Shown piece after piece: positions 27,096-37,531 of a stretch of DNA of 64,000 bases. The position numbers and the translations under genes were made by a program. The notes beneath the pieces were generated by a model. The model saw nothing but the letters and a program-made list of their open reading frames with translations, was not told the origin of the DNA and ran no database searches. The stretch comes from Rhizomicrobium sp. Its GTDB lineage: Bacteria > Pseudomonadota > Alphaproteobacteria > Micropepsales > Micropepsaceae. Positions within the stretch are counted from its first letter, which is position 1, and each line of letters begins with the position of its first letter. The stretch is taken from NCBI GenBank assembly GCA_036489635.1, contig DASXFK010000089.1:33794-97793 (forward strand), read 5' to 3'.

Positions 27096-28445
27096 TTATT
27101 CTCGGCGGCGTGCTTCTTCTGCAACGCCCCTGGAATCGAAAGGTTCGAGGGCTGCGGACGATTCAATTCTCACCCTGAGCAGCAACGGCACGCAGAGCAC
27201 GGCGAGAAGCGTTGGCACAAGCAGCACGAAGATGCCGAGCCCATGAACGATACCGCCGTGCATCGCCGTCAGCGCCACGCCGGTAAGCGCGGGGCCTAAC
27301 GCCAGGCCAAGTTTTTCAGAAGCAGTCCACATCCCGGTGAGCGTTGCTTCCGCGGCCGAGCCGCCGCTCGTCTTTTCATGGATGAGGTGCGCCAGCAACG
27401 TAAATGGAAGCACCTGCATGCCTGCAAATGGCACGCCTGCCATCAGAAAGCCGGCCAATGCGAAAGGCCATGGCGCCTGAAACCGCGTCAACGCCCCCAA
27501 CAGCGCCGCTGCCGCTGCAAAGGCGAATGTGGCCCACACCAGCATATTCCGCTCGCCAAACTTCCTCCCCGACCATGCCCACAACGGAACGGTCACCGTC
27601 GTGGCGCTCAACATGACCAGAAGCGCGATGCCGATATCGCTTTCGCTTCGTCCGAACGCGCGCGTTACCAAATAGGGCGTTGCCGATGAGATAATGCCGA
27701 CGGCCGTCAATTGCACGACATAGGAAAGCGTCAATGCGCGAAATGCGCGATGGCGCAACGCCGCGGACATCTGTGCGATCAAGGACGGTTTCTCGGACTG
27801 GAAATGTCGTTGATTCGCGACATCGCGATTGTGAAGAATGAAGAGCGGCATGCTCATGGCAAAAACACAACAAACGGAAAGCCACAGCGCCATGAAGCGA
27901 TAACCGGGCCGGCCGCCACCGCCCGCCGCGATTACCAAGGGTGCGATGCCGGCACCGGCCAAAACTCCGATCATTGCAACCGCGATGCGCCACGACACCA
28001 TTCGCGACCGCAATTGCTTGGTCACGCCGATCTCCGCCGGCAACGCGATATAGGGAACGGCGAATAGCGAATAAAGACTCGCGAGCGCGAAATAACTGAG
28101 TGCCACCCAGGCGAACGCAGCAGCGCCGGAAATTCTCGGCGTCGAGAAAAGCGCATAAAAGGATATCGCGACACCGATCGTACCGGCGAGCAGAAAGGGG
28201 CGGCGCCGGCCAAAGCGCGTTTGTGCTTTGTCCGACCAGCTACCGACCAACGGATCCCAGACGATGCCCCAGACTTTCGGCAGAAAGACAGCGACGGAGG
28301 CCCACGCCGCGGGAATACGAACGACCTCGGTGCAATAAAAGAGCAAGAGCACCGACGGAACAGTGGTGAACACGCCGGTTCCAAAAGAGCCCATCGCATA
28401 AGCGAGCAGACCGGCGCGACCAAGCGGGGGCGTTTGCTTTGTCAT
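27096..28445 (-). CDS. MFS transporter, GPH/MelB-like family
   Basis: WDPLVGSWSDKAQTRFGRRRPF, VPYIALPAEI; about 12 TM helices. Confidence 0.88.
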   Translation of the reverse strand: MTKQTPPLGRAGLLAYAMGSFGTGVFTTVPSVLLLFYCTEVVRIPAAWASVAVFLPKVWGIVWDPLVGSWSDKAQTRFGRRRPFLLAGTIGVAISFYALFSTPRISGAAAFAWVALSYFALASLYSLFAVPYIALPAEIGVTKQLRSRMVSWRIAVAMIGVLAGAGIAPLVIAAGGGGRPGYRFMALWLSVCCVFAMSMPLFILHNRDVANQRHFQSEKPSLIAQMSAALRHRAFRALTLSYVVQLTAVGIISSATPYLVTRAFGRSESDIGIALLVMLSATTVTVPLWAWSGRKFGERNMLVWATFAFAAAAALLGALTRFQAPWPFALAGFLMAGVPFAGMQVLPFTLLAHLIHEKTSGGSAAEATLTGMWTASEKLGLALGPALTGVALTAMHGGIVHGLGIFVLLVPTLLAVLCVPLLLRVRIESSAALEPFDSRGVAEEARRRE

Positions 28446-28508
28446 GGCGCATTCCGTCATTGGGCACGTTCGATCAATGTGCACAAATAGCAAATTCCAA
28501 GTCGCCCT

Positions 28509-29810
28509 TTAACTTTCATGCGCCAGTTTTTCGACAACAGCGCCGTAGGGGCGCCGCACGACTGCGAGCAGAAGCAGCGAAAGAAGACACGCGGGGATGG
28601 CTACTATCATCATGGCGAGAGCGACACCGGCCGGACCGCGCGCAATCGTTTGCGTCGTCAACGCAACCACGGTCGGTCCAACGCCCAGGCCAAAGAGCGT
28701 GTACAGAAATGCCTGGAGCGAAACCGAGAAGCCGCGCATCTGCGCCGGCACCGCATCTTGTGTGGCGGCGAGCCCCGCAGAACTTCCGATCGCTGACGCA
28801 ATCGAATAGCCCGCATATAGCGCAAGAGACGACGTGGAAGACGGCATCAGCGGAAAGGCGAAAGTCGGCAGTGCGATCAAATAGGCCATGAGCGTAACCC
28901 GCAGCCTCGCATCGGCCGAGCCGCGCCTGACCAACCGATCCGCGAGAAGGCCGCCGAGCAGCGTTCCCAGCCCACCGAACGCAATTGCGATCATGCCGAT
29001 CATGGGGCCTGCGTCGGAAGCCGGCACGCCGAATCGCCGCCCCATCATGGCGGGAAGCCATGCGCTGAATCCGTAATCGACGAGCTGCAACAGCGCAAAC
29101 GCCCCGAACAATCCGGCGAACATCCATTTGCGTTCCCGAAAATAAGCCAACGTGTCGCCAAATCTTGCTTGAGAAGGCGATACGCGCACATCGCTCCGCA
29201 ACGGCTCCCGGATGGCGATCATCAATAGCGCAATCAGAACGCCCGGCATTGCGAGGAGAACGAGAACGCCGCGCCATGGCGCAAGCGAGCCGACGACCGG
29301 CAGAAAAGCAACGGCGCCGCTGTTGATCAACTTCAACAGCAACCCGCCGGACAATGTCGCCATGCCGCCGCCCATGGTCATTCCGGCGAGGAACACGGCG
29401 ATCGCCGTTCCGCGCCGCGCCGGCGGAAAGAAATCGGGGATCATCGACATCACCGCGGGCGCAAGTGTCGCCTCACCGATTCCGACAAATACCCGCGCTA
29501 TGGCGAATTGCCAGAAGCTCGTACAAAATCCGCAAGCGGCCGTGGCGATGCTCCAAAGGACGATGCCCGCCAGAACGATGTTGCGGCGGTTGTGACGATC
29601 CGCCAACCTGCCCAACGGCAGACCCACGAGAGCATAGATGACCGCAAACGCTGCGCCTTGCAGATAACTGATCTGAACATCGCTGATAAGAAGGTCATGC
29701 CGGATCGGCTCGACAAGAAGATTCAGGATGAGCCGATCGGTGTACGACAGCATCGCCGCTGCAAAGAACACGGCAAGCGCGAACCAGGCTCTGGGCGTTG
29801 GATTTTTCAT
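28509..29810 (-). CDS. MFS transporter, spinster-like
   Basis: SYTDRLIL, GRLADRHNRR, RVFVGIGEA; ATGA overlap with the epimerase. Confidence 0.88.
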   Translation of the reverse strand: MKNPTPRAWFALAVFFAAAMLSYTDRLILNLLVEPIRHDLLISDVQISYLQGAAFAVIYALVGLPLGRLADRHNRRNIVLAGIVLWSIATAACGFCTSFWQFAIARVFVGIGEATLAPAVMSMIPDFFPPARRGTAIAVFLAGMTMGGGMATLSGGLLLKLINSGAVAFLPVVGSLAPWRGVLVLLAMPGVLIALLMIAIREPLRSDVRVSPSQARFGDTLAYFRERKWMFAGLFGAFALLQLVDYGFSAWLPAMMGRRFGVPASDAGPMIGMIAIAFGGLGTLLGGLLADRLVRRGSADARLRVTLMAYLIALPTFAFPLMPSSTSSLALYAGYSIASAIGSSAGLAATQDAVPAQMRGFSVSLQAFLYTLFGLGVGPTVVALTTQTIARGPAGVALAMMIVAIPACLLSLLLLAVVRRPYGAVVEKLAHES

Positions 29811-30781
29811 CCCCAAAGTTCGCGCGTCGGTGGAGAAACCAAAGGGCCATCGTAAAAAAGGCCATGCTCTCGATCGTGGACAAGCGCCAGTGGGCCATCC
29901 ATGTCGACCCAGCGGCAGAACTGCGCGATGACGTGGTTGGGCGCCATGGAAAGCGAAGTGCCGATCATGTTGCCGACCATGATCGACAGGCCGCAGTCCT
30001 TGGCCGCGCGAACCATGTCGAGCGCTTCCGTCAAACCACCGCTCTTGTCGAGCTTGATGTTGATGCCCTGATAGCGATCCTTCAGACCTGCAACGTCCGC
30101 GGCGACAAAGCAGGATTCGTCCGCATAAAGCGGAATTGGAGAGACAAAATCCGCAAGGCCCTCGTCACGGCCAGCCGGCAGCGGCTGTTCGATCATCTCC
30201 ACGCCGAGCGCGGCGAGCGGCTGCACCACGTCCCGCAGAAGCGTGAGGTCCCAGGACTGGTTGGCATCGACGATAATCCGTGCATCGGGCCGCGCGGCGC
30301 GAATGGCGGACAAGCGCCTCAGCGGATCGTTGGCGTCCAGCTTCACTTTCAGGAGCGGGAACGCAGCGAGGCTCTCGGCTTGCACTGCGGCCTCGGCAAT
30401 CGGATCGAGCCCAACGGTGTTCACCGTCGCGACAGGGCGCGGTGCGATATCCAGCACCTGCCAAATCGTCTTGCCGGTTTCCTTGCACAGCAAATCCCAC
30501 AGCGCGCAATCTATCGCGTTGCGGGCCCCGCCCCAGGGCAAAATCTCTCGCAGCGCCTGCGGCGTTGTCTCATCGGTCAGGCGATCAACGACAGCGGCGA
30601 TCTGCTCGCAAATCGTATCCGGCGTCTCACCGCGGTAGATCACGCCCGTGGCTTCACCGCGGCCAACATGGTCCTCACGCCTAAGCTCGACGATTACAAC
30701 GTCGCTCGCTGCAATGGTATGACCCGCAAAACGAAAGGGCTTTTTGAGCGCCCAACTCTCTTTGCGGAAATGAACTTTCAT
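29807..30781 (-). CDS. Enolase-superfamily dipeptide epimerase / N-acyl amino acid racemase (L-Ala-D/L-Glu epimerase family)
   Basis: True start MKVHFRKESW at 30781; KVK, DANQ, EQP, ADES, NIKLDKSGG and DMDG motifs. Confidence 0.9.
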   Translation of the reverse strand: MKVHFRKESWALKKPFRFAGHTIAASDVVIVELRREDHVGRGEATGVIYRGETPDTICEQIAAVVDRLTDETTPQALREILPWGGARNAIDCALWDLLCKETGKTIWQVLDIAPRPVATVNTVGLDPIAEAAVQAESLAAFPLLKVKLDANDPLRRLSAIRAARPDARIIVDANQSWDLTLLRDVVQPLAALGVEMIEQPLPAGRDEGLADFVSPIPLYADESCFVAADVAGLKDRYQGINIKLDKSGGLTEALDMVRAAKDCGLSIMVGNMIGTSLSMAPNHVIAQFCRWVDMDGPLALVHDREHGLFYDGPLVSPPTRELWG

Positions 30782-31614
30782 CAGCGCGCAGCCCGGCGCC
30801 ACAGCACCGGGAAGGCATCGCTGTCCATCATCGCACCATGCGCAAGACCGGGATCCTCGAGCGGGATGGCGATTTCTCCCTGGCGCCTCTCGTAACGCGC
30901 ATCGTCTCCCGTCCAGCGGGTGGAAAGCGCGCGGCGGCGATGCTGCGTGCTCGCGTTGCCGGGCGCGCCGTGCACGATCATGGCCTGGAAGACAAGACAA
31001 TCTCCCGGCTCCAATGCCCAACTCGCGATCTCGTATGACGACCGATTGGAGGCGATATCGGGAAGCTGCGGCAGTCCGGTGTCGCGATAAGGCGTGCCGT
31101 CGGCAAAATGATGCGGGCAATGCGGTCCCCAGCGATGGCTGCCGCGCACGAATTCCACGCAAGTTTCCTTCGGCACCACATCGAGCGGCAGCCAGACGGA
31201 ACAGACCTGCCATCCGCTGACCGCCCAATAAGGCTGGTCCTGATGCCACGGCGTGCGCTCCTGCGTCGCGGGCTCCTTCACCAGAAGCTGGTCGTAGAAA
31301 ATATTGACTTTGCCGGCACCCATGACGTGCCCCGCGATGGCAGCAGCGGGCGAATGCATCGCGTAATCGCGGAACGCCGGCAGACGCTTCCAAAGATCGA
31401 GATCGCCGAAAAAGCGGCCGGACTTGCCGTCGGCGACATATTCCTCGGCATGCCGGCTCGGGGCGGCCAGCACATCGTCGACTTCGACGCGCAAGCGATC
31501 GATCCAGCCTGCGTCGAACATCCCCCGCAGGCAGACAACACCGTCGGCATCGTAGGCCTCGATCTCCGCAGCCGTTACGGGGCGAAGAGGCTCGGAAGAA
31601 CGCTGCATTGTCAT
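30781..31614 (-). CDS. PhyH-family Fe(II)/2-oxoglutarate dioxygenase
   Basis: TPWHQD (HxD), SVWLPLD, VRGSH, distal IVHGA and RRALS. Confidence 0.88.
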   Translation of the reverse strand: MTMQRSSEPLRPVTAAEIEAYDADGVVCLRGMFDAGWIDRLRVEVDDVLAAPSRHAEEYVADGKSGRFFGDLDLWKRLPAFRDYAMHSPAAAIAGHVMGAGKVNIFYDQLLVKEPATQERTPWHQDQPYWAVSGWQVCSVWLPLDVVPKETCVEFVRGSHRWGPHCPHHFADGTPYRDTGLPQLPDIASNRSSYEIASWALEPGDCLVFQAMIVHGAPGNASTQHRRRALSTRWTGDDARYERRQGEIAIPLEDPGLAHGAMMDSDAFPVLWRRAAR

Positions 31615-33353
31615 GGCGCTTTCCAATCGGCTTGCGGTAGATCGACGAAGCTCGAATGAGAAACCGTCCACGTCGGCGCGCATCGCGCCGGATAGCGCGC
31701 AAACGTGTCGTTGTCCGCGCCGGCCAATGCGATGCGAAGGCGCCACCCAGCCGGAATCATCGCCGAAACGACATGCAGGCGGATGCCAATCCGGATGGGA
31801 GTGCCCGGCGCGGTGAAGCGCGCATCGCGGCGCAAGAAAGATGGCGCCACACCTTCCGGCTTGTTGACTCCTTCATTTCCGGCACGCAGAGCGAGCCGCA
31901 GATCGCCTTCGGTGAGGTATATCACCTTGTTGTCCGGTGACACGGCTTCGAAATAAGCGAACACCGCACCGTCAGGACAACTCGATTCAAGATCGAGCGT
32001 AACAACCGGCGCGCCGGTGATTTCGACAGCACGCGCCAGTGGCTCGGATGTATAGGACAACAGGCGCTTATCCTGCGCGGCGCGATCTCCATAAGCGACG
32101 GGCCCACCGCCCAATTGCGTGGTCCAGCGGTTCGTCGTGCCCGTCGTCGCGTCAAAATCGACTCGATAGCGATCACTGCCGGCATCGCGCTTTCGCGTCA
32201 ACGCGTGTGACGCGGACAGAAACCATCGCGCGGGCGCGATCCCCGCCGGCGGCCACGACGCTGTGGTGCGCCAGATGCGCGCGCCGCTCGTATAATAGTG
32301 TATGGCGCGCGAAGGAGCCCTGCCGTTGACCGCCTGCGTCGCGAAGTCGAGAAAAACCTTGGGCGGGATCGGCGCATCCGGTTCGTCCTCGGCTGTCGTG
32401 GCGAAGAACGGATCGACACGCTGGCCGCCGCCATGTGTCCACGCCCCCAGATAAAGCTCGATGGGCGCCTTGGGTGCGTCGGCATACCATTCCAAGGCGC
32501 TATCGGCCGTGCCCGCATCGAACCAGCTACCCCAGATTTGGACCGGTACACGCGACGCTTTCAACGCGTCGACCTGCGACGACAGAAAACCCGCGCGCAA
32601 CGGCAGACCGGAAGGCACGGCATCGTTTTCGAATGCGTAGCCCGCAGTGTCGACCGCCGGATTCCAATCCTTCTGGTGGTCGAGAAGCGCGCGGCGCAGT
32701 TGTGAGAAATCCTTGTCGCCATCGAGCGGCAGAAGGTTTTCAACATGCGCGCACTTCGCGGCATTGAGCAGGCATGCCCATCCGCTGTTAAGCTCGGTCG
32801 TCAGCGCACCCCATTCGCGAAACAACATCTCGTTGCGTACGCCGCCCGGAACCGCCAAATCGCGATAGGTGTCGAAATCGATGAAGCGCGGCACGGCGCC
32901 CACAACCGTAGTGCTTCCGGATGCGACGGCAAGCGCCGCCAGATTCGCATCGTAGGAAACACCCGTCGTCACGACACGGCCGTTCGACCATGGTTGATGG
33001 CCGATCCAATCCAGGATGGTGCGGATATCTTCGCGCTCTTGGGGAGCAAAGATCAGATCGGTGTGGCCCTGCGACGCGCCAGTGCCGCGCATATCGACAA
33101 AGACGAGCGCGAAGCCCGCCGCGGTGAAGGCGTCAATCGCGCCTTGCCGCAGCCGCGTTCCACGGCCATAGGGCGTCATCACAAGGATTGCCGGATATCG
33201 CGAAGCCGCTGCCGGCCGAATGACATCCGCCGCGAGCAACACGTTGTCCGGCGTCTCGATTCCGATGGCGTGACGTTCAACCGGCGAAGGTTGTGCCGAC
33301 AGCGATGCCGTGCCGAGCAGCGTCAAGGCCAGCGCGGCGATCCAAGGGCGCAT
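31611..33353 (-). CDS. CocE/NonD-family secreted alpha/beta hydrolase
   Basis: Signal peptide; MTPYGR, VDMRGTGASQG, QPWSNGRV, nucleophile motif GVSY, GAWTH. Confidence 0.88.
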   Translation of the reverse strand: MRPWIAALALTLLGTASLSAQPSPVERHAIGIETPDNVLLAADVIRPAAASRYPAILVMTPYGRGTRLRQGAIDAFTAAGFALVFVDMRGTGASQGHTDLIFAPQEREDIRTILDWIGHQPWSNGRVVTTGVSYDANLAALAVASGSTTVVGAVPRFIDFDTYRDLAVPGGVRNEMLFREWGALTTELNSGWACLLNAAKCAHVENLLPLDGDKDFSQLRRALLDHQKDWNPAVDTAGYAFENDAVPSGLPLRAGFLSSQVDALKASRVPVQIWGSWFDAGTADSALEWYADAPKAPIELYLGAWTHGGGQRVDPFFATTAEDEPDAPIPPKVFLDFATQAVNGRAPSRAIHYYTSGARIWRTTASWPPAGIAPARWFLSASHALTRKRDAGSDRYRVDFDATTGTTNRWTTQLGGGPVAYGDRAAQDKRLLSYTSEPLARAVEITGAPVVTLDLESSCPDGAVFAYFEAVSPDNKVIYLTEGDLRLALRAGNEGVNKPEGVAPSFLRRDARFTAPGTPIRIGIRLHVVSAMIPAGWRLRIALAGADNDTFARYPARCAPTWTVSHSSFVDLPQADWKAP

Positions 33354-33355
33354 GG

Positions 33356-35311
33356 TCAAAATTTTCCGAGCAAATCCCAATATCCGGCCAGAACAATAAG
33401 CAGCCAGCCGCAGATCGCCAGGGCTACGAAGTGAATGGCCGCCGCAATGCCACCGAAGCTACGTGCCGGCGGCACATCCCGCCATCGCCGGAATAGCAGA
33501 ATGGGCCATATCAGCAATCCGAGAAGGACGAGTTGCAAAGCCAGCCGCCACAGATGTGCCAGCCACATCTGATCCGCAATAAGAGCCCAATTCGCATACT
33601 GCCCCTCAAGAAAAATACAAACCACAAAACAGACGCCGAGCCCCGCCACGGCAGGTCCGAAACGGCGATAGATCGGATTGCGGCCCAAGCGGTAAAACAC
33701 GGCGAAGACAAGGAGCAGCGGGAATAGCAGCAGCGGAAGAACCACCAACAGCGGTGTTTCATACCAGCCGATGCGCCGCATGATCCAAAGCGCCGCCGTT
33801 CCCATGAAGGTGCCATAGGGCGTTACGCTGAATGCCCTGCGCTCATGCGTTTTGGGATTCTCGAACAGGCCCGGATAAATCTGCGCGAACGTGTTGCCGC
33901 CGATCAGAACCGTGCCATGCCCACCCGGCGCAACCGCCAACCCTTCGATCAGGCGGACCTGAAGGTTGCCGACGAAACTCGCGAACTGCGACGGCGTACC
34001 GACATAAGTTCCGGCCAGACCGGCGATCTCCTGGTCGCTCAGCCAGTGCTGGCCCTGGGTCTGAACCCTCTCTGGCGGGGCCGGCGGCAAAAACTTTTTC
34101 GCGAAGTTCTCGTCCAGTTTGAGAAACCCGAGAAAATCCTCCAGCGAAACTTTCGGCTTTGGCCCCAGCAAGAACATGCGGATGCCTTTCGCCACCCCCG
34201 TCAGCGTCTCGCCGTCGAAAGGATTGTAAGGCCGCGCGTTGACGGCCCAGAAGACGCCAATCTGCGCGGCCGGAAACAGGACCATCGAACACGCCGAGCC
34301 TTCCATGCCGCCATCGTGACCGAAGGCGTCGCGGCCTGCTTCACGAGTCTGATAGAAGGCGCGCGCATAGCCCGGCAGCATCGGATGCAGCCGGTGGCTG
34401 TTGAAATCGGTTAGCACGTTAAACTCGGCCGGCGTGACAACCCGCTTTCCGTCGATCTCGCCGCCTTGCAGAAGCGCGATCATGTAGCGCGCCATATCTG
34501 CGCCGGTGGCGGAGGCATTGCCGGCGCCCTCCTCCATAGGCTTGAGGAACTGGTGATCGATGCGCCGAACGGTCCCGTCCGGCATGACATAGTGTTCTTC
34601 GATGACGGACGAGAGTTCCGCGTCCGGAATTCCGATTGCTGCGTGCGTCATGCCAAGGGGACGAAATACGCGCTCGGCAATCATGTCGGCGTAGCGCTCA
34701 TGGCTCACATTGGCGAGCGCCAGGCCCAAGACACCCCAGCCATTGTTGTCATAGGCGATATATTCGCCCGGGGGCCGAACCCGCGGCACCAGAAGACGCT
34801 GCATTTCAGCAGGCGACACGTCGGCGGCCGCGCGGGTCGGCGCATCGACGCCGCGCAGATCGGCACCGAAACCGCCTTCATGCGCCAGCAGGTCGCGAAT
34901 GCTGATCGGGCCGTAGGTGTCCGGAATTTGAATCTGCGTCAGGTAATGATTGACGTCGGTGCCCAGATCGATCCGCTTCTCGTCGAGCATCTGCGTCGCG
35001 GCAATCGCCGTGAACGTCTTGGTCACCGAGCCGAGACGAAACAGCGTGTTCTGCGGATCGATCGCCGTGCCGCCGGGCGTGCGGACGCCGTAACCGCGCG
35101 CCACGACGACGCGGCCGTGATCCACCACGACAAAGACCGCGCCCGGCACATGCGAGCGCGCCAGCAAGGCGTGAAAATAATTGTCGGCCCATGTCTGGAC
35201 CGCATGGGCATTAAGCGAACTGTCCTGCGCGGCCGCCGAATACGGACAGGCGAGCAAGAAAAAACAACCCCACAGTGCCTGCCAGAATGCGCGCATACGT
35301 CTTGCGTCCAT
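33356..35311 (-). CDS. Serine hydrolase (beta-lactamase/D-peptidase family) with C-terminal membrane helices
   Basis: Signal peptide; FRLGSVTK (SxxK), YDN (YxN), GHDGG; three C-terminal hydrophobic segments. Confidence 0.88.
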   Translation of the reverse strand: MDARRMRAFWQALWGCFFLLACPYSAAAQDSSLNAHAVQTWADNYFHALLARSHVPGAVFVVVDHGRVVVARGYGVRTPGGTAIDPQNTLFRLGSVTKTFTAIAATQMLDEKRIDLGTDVNHYLTQIQIPDTYGPISIRDLLAHEGGFGADLRGVDAPTRAAADVSPAEMQRLLVPRVRPPGEYIAYDNNGWGVLGLALANVSHERYADMIAERVFRPLGMTHAAIGIPDAELSSVIEEHYVMPDGTVRRIDHQFLKPMEEGAGNASATGADMARYMIALLQGGEIDGKRVVTPAEFNVLTDFNSHRLHPMLPGYARAFYQTREAGRDAFGHDGGMEGSACSMVLFPAAQIGVFWAVNARPYNPFDGETLTGVAKGIRMFLLGPKPKVSLEDFLGFLKLDENFAKKFLPPAPPERVQTQGQHWLSDQEIAGLAGTYVGTPSQFASFVGNLQVRLIEGLAVAPGGHGTVLIGGNTFAQIYPGLFENPKTHERRAFSVTPYGTFMGTAALWIMRRIGWYETPLLVVLPLLLFPLLLVFAVFYRLGRNPIYRRFGPAVAGLGVCFVVCIFLEGQYANWALIADQMWLAHLWRLALQLVLLGLLIWPILLFRRWRDVPPARSFGGIAAAIHFVALAICGWLLIVLAGYWDLLGKF

Positions 35312-35313
35312 TG

Positions 35314-37452
35314 CTAGAAATGCTTGTTCAGAGTCAGCCCCACCGTGCGCGGCCTGATGAACACCCATTGATCCGTTCCGGCCTCGCTGAGGGACGCGCT
35401 AAGCTCGCCCTTTGTGCCCGTGACGTTATCGACAAATGCCATCAAATCCCAACTACCGGCCACAACTCCGGCGCGCAGATTGAGCTGCGTGTAGCCTTTG
35501 CTGACGCTGGACGGCACGTTCGAGACGAGCGAATAGGTCTTGGAGGTGCTGAACAGATCGGCGCGGACGCGGCCGTCGTAGCCGTCTGCGAACAGCGGGA
35601 AGGTGTATTGCGCGCCGAGCGATGTCTTGAATTTCGGAACGAACGGCAACGATTCGCCCGGCACCGCGGCGGCGCCCGGGTTCACGCTGTCGATCTTGGC
35701 TTGCGTGTAGCTTTCGGCCAACGAAAGTTCCAGGCCCGTGACCGGAATGGCCGTCAGCTCCAGTTCCGCGCCTTCGCTATGCGCCTTTCCCGCATTGAAG
35801 GAATAGCCGAACAACGGATTGGGAGCTGACGCATCGACGATCACATCGCTCCAATCGATATAGAACAGGTCACCGTTGGCCACGAGCCGGTCGTCGAACC
35901 AGCTCGTTTTCGCGCCCACTTCGTAGTTCCACAGCTTCTCCGGCCCAAAGCTGGTCGGCGCCCCGGGGAACATGAAGGCGTAAGGGTTGATGTCTCCGGC
36001 GCGAAAGCCGCTCGACGCCGTGGCGTAAACGAGCGCGCTGTCGGTGATATCGTAGCTCAGAGAAATCTTCGACGTCACGTCCGACGCTTTGGCGCTTTGT
36101 GTGAGATTGTTGAAGCTGACGCCGGTGAACAGCAGCGGGACCAGTCCGCTTACGCTGGAATTGGTATCGCGATCCTGTTCGAAATAGCGCAGGCCGCCAG
36201 TGAGCTTGAGGCGATCGGTCAGCGCATAGGTTGCCTCGCCGAACGCCGCATACTGCTTCGAGATATCGCCCACGCTGAGATTGAACACGCCGGATTCCGC
36301 CGGGTTGGTGATCGTGGAATTGGCGATGAAAAGATTGTTGTGCTCGTAGAAGCCGCCAAGCGTCCATTCCAAGGGACCGCCGGGGTTTGATACCAGACGC
36401 GCTTCTTCGGTGAACGTCTTTTGATCGTTGGGCCGCGTGATGGCCACGGTGTTGATGGGCACTCCGAAAATGAAACTCGCCAGCGGCGCTTCGCTGGAGA
36501 AATCGTTGTGGCTGAACGAGTTGCGCTCGAAATATCCCGTCGCAGACGTGAAGGTGGCAAAACCCAGGTCACGCGCGATCGTAAGGTTGTAAATGTCGTA
36601 GCGATCGTTGCGTGGTTCTGCAGTAGGCACCGCATAGACGTAATCGCGGTCGCTTGTGCTCGGGCCATCCGATTGGGAATATTGGTGGATGTAGCTGAGA
36701 TCGACGGTCCATTTCGAATCGGGCGTGAAACGCGCCTCGGCACGGAAGGTGCTGCTTTCATTCTTGTTGTAATGTTTGGCTGCGATATCCGGATTGGTCG
36801 TCCAGCCGTCGTAATCTGAGGTCAGTCCCACAACACGAATGGCGAGCTCATTGTCGATGAGGGGAATATTGACCATGCCGTCGAGTTCATCGTTCCAGCC
36901 GCCATGATCGGTGGACGATCCTGTCGCTCGAAGCGCTGCCTCGAACCCGCTCGCGTCCGGGTGATTGGTGACGACGCGGATCGTTCCGCCTTCCGAACCT
37001 TCGCCATACAGGGTGCCTTGCGGGCCGCGCAGCACTTCAATCCGATCGACGTCGAACGCTTTCAGATTGACTTGCTCTCCGGTGACGGCGGTGACCGGAA
37101 TTTCGTCGATGTAAACGCCGACGGAAGGGGCTGTGCCGCCGATTTCGGAGATACCGCGGATGGTCGTGCTGTTTTCACCCGCGCGATCGTTCTGAAAAGA
37201 AAGTCCCGGAATTGCTCCCGCGAAATCGGCAAGATCGGAGCCGCCCATTTCGGTGAGCTTCTCCCCCGTCAGCGCCGTCACTGCAATCGGAACGTTCTGC
37301 AGGGGCTCGGCCCGCTTTTCGGCCGTGACCACAACGGTCTCGACCCTGTCGGACGTTTCGACGGTTTGCGCCTGCGCCTGGACGCAGACGCCCGCAGCCA
37401 AAACTGCCCCAAGCCAATAGTAAGAAACGCTGCAACGAAATCCCGCTCGCAT
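35314..37452 (-). CDS. TonB-dependent receptor
   Basis: TonB box ETVVVTAEKR, IEVLRGPQGTLYG, C-terminal RPRTVGLTLNKHF. Confidence 0.93.
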   Translation of the reverse strand: MRAGFRCSVSYYWLGAVLAAGVCVQAQAQTVETSDRVETVVVTAEKRAEPLQNVPIAVTALTGEKLTEMGGSDLADFAGAIPGLSFQNDRAGENSTTIRGISEIGGTAPSVGVYIDEIPVTAVTGEQVNLKAFDVDRIEVLRGPQGTLYGEGSEGGTIRVVTNHPDASGFEAALRATGSSTDHGGWNDELDGMVNIPLIDNELAIRVVGLTSDYDGWTTNPDIAAKHYNKNESSTFRAEARFTPDSKWTVDLSYIHQYSQSDGPSTSDRDYVYAVPTAEPRNDRYDIYNLTIARDLGFATFTSATGYFERNSFSHNDFSSEAPLASFIFGVPINTVAITRPNDQKTFTEEARLVSNPGGPLEWTLGGFYEHNNLFIANSTITNPAESGVFNLSVGDISKQYAAFGEATYALTDRLKLTGGLRYFEQDRDTNSSVSGLVPLLFTGVSFNNLTQSAKASDVTSKISLSYDITDSALVYATASSGFRAGDINPYAFMFPGAPTSFGPEKLWNYEVGAKTSWFDDRLVANGDLFYIDWSDVIVDASAPNPLFGYSFNAGKAHSEGAELELTAIPVTGLELSLAESYTQAKIDSVNPGAAAVPGESLPFVPKFKTSLGAQYTFPLFADGYDGRVRADLFSTSKTYSLVSNVPSSVSKGYTQLNLRAGVVAGSWDLMAFVDNVTGTKGELSASLSEAGTDQWVFIRPRTVGLTLNKHF

Positions 37453-37480
37453 GGATGTCCCCTCGTCACCTAGCCGCCAT

Positions 37481-37517
37481 AAACCGAATTCGTATTCTGT
37501 TTGGAAAGGGGTGTCAA
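37481..37517 (-). promoter_or_regulatory. Sigma70 promoter of the receptor operon overlapped by a palindromic operator
   Basis: Minus strand TTGACA-N17-TACGAA; operator AAACAGAATACGAATTCGGTTT at 37481-37502 covers the -10 element. Confidence 0.7.
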
Positions 37518-37531
37518 ATCCCTGAGGCGGC

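Noticed and set aside
29807-31702. 631-aa ORF as a fusion protein
   Set aside because: The N-terminal half is an alternate frame of the PhyH gene; the epimerase starts at 30781 by TGATG coupling
25993-35311. Microcystin-degradation (mlr)-like cluster, from an intramembrane protease near a serine hydrolase and transporters
   Set aside because: PrsW is convergent and belongs with the upstream module; no MlrC-like peptidase; the resemblance is only at family level
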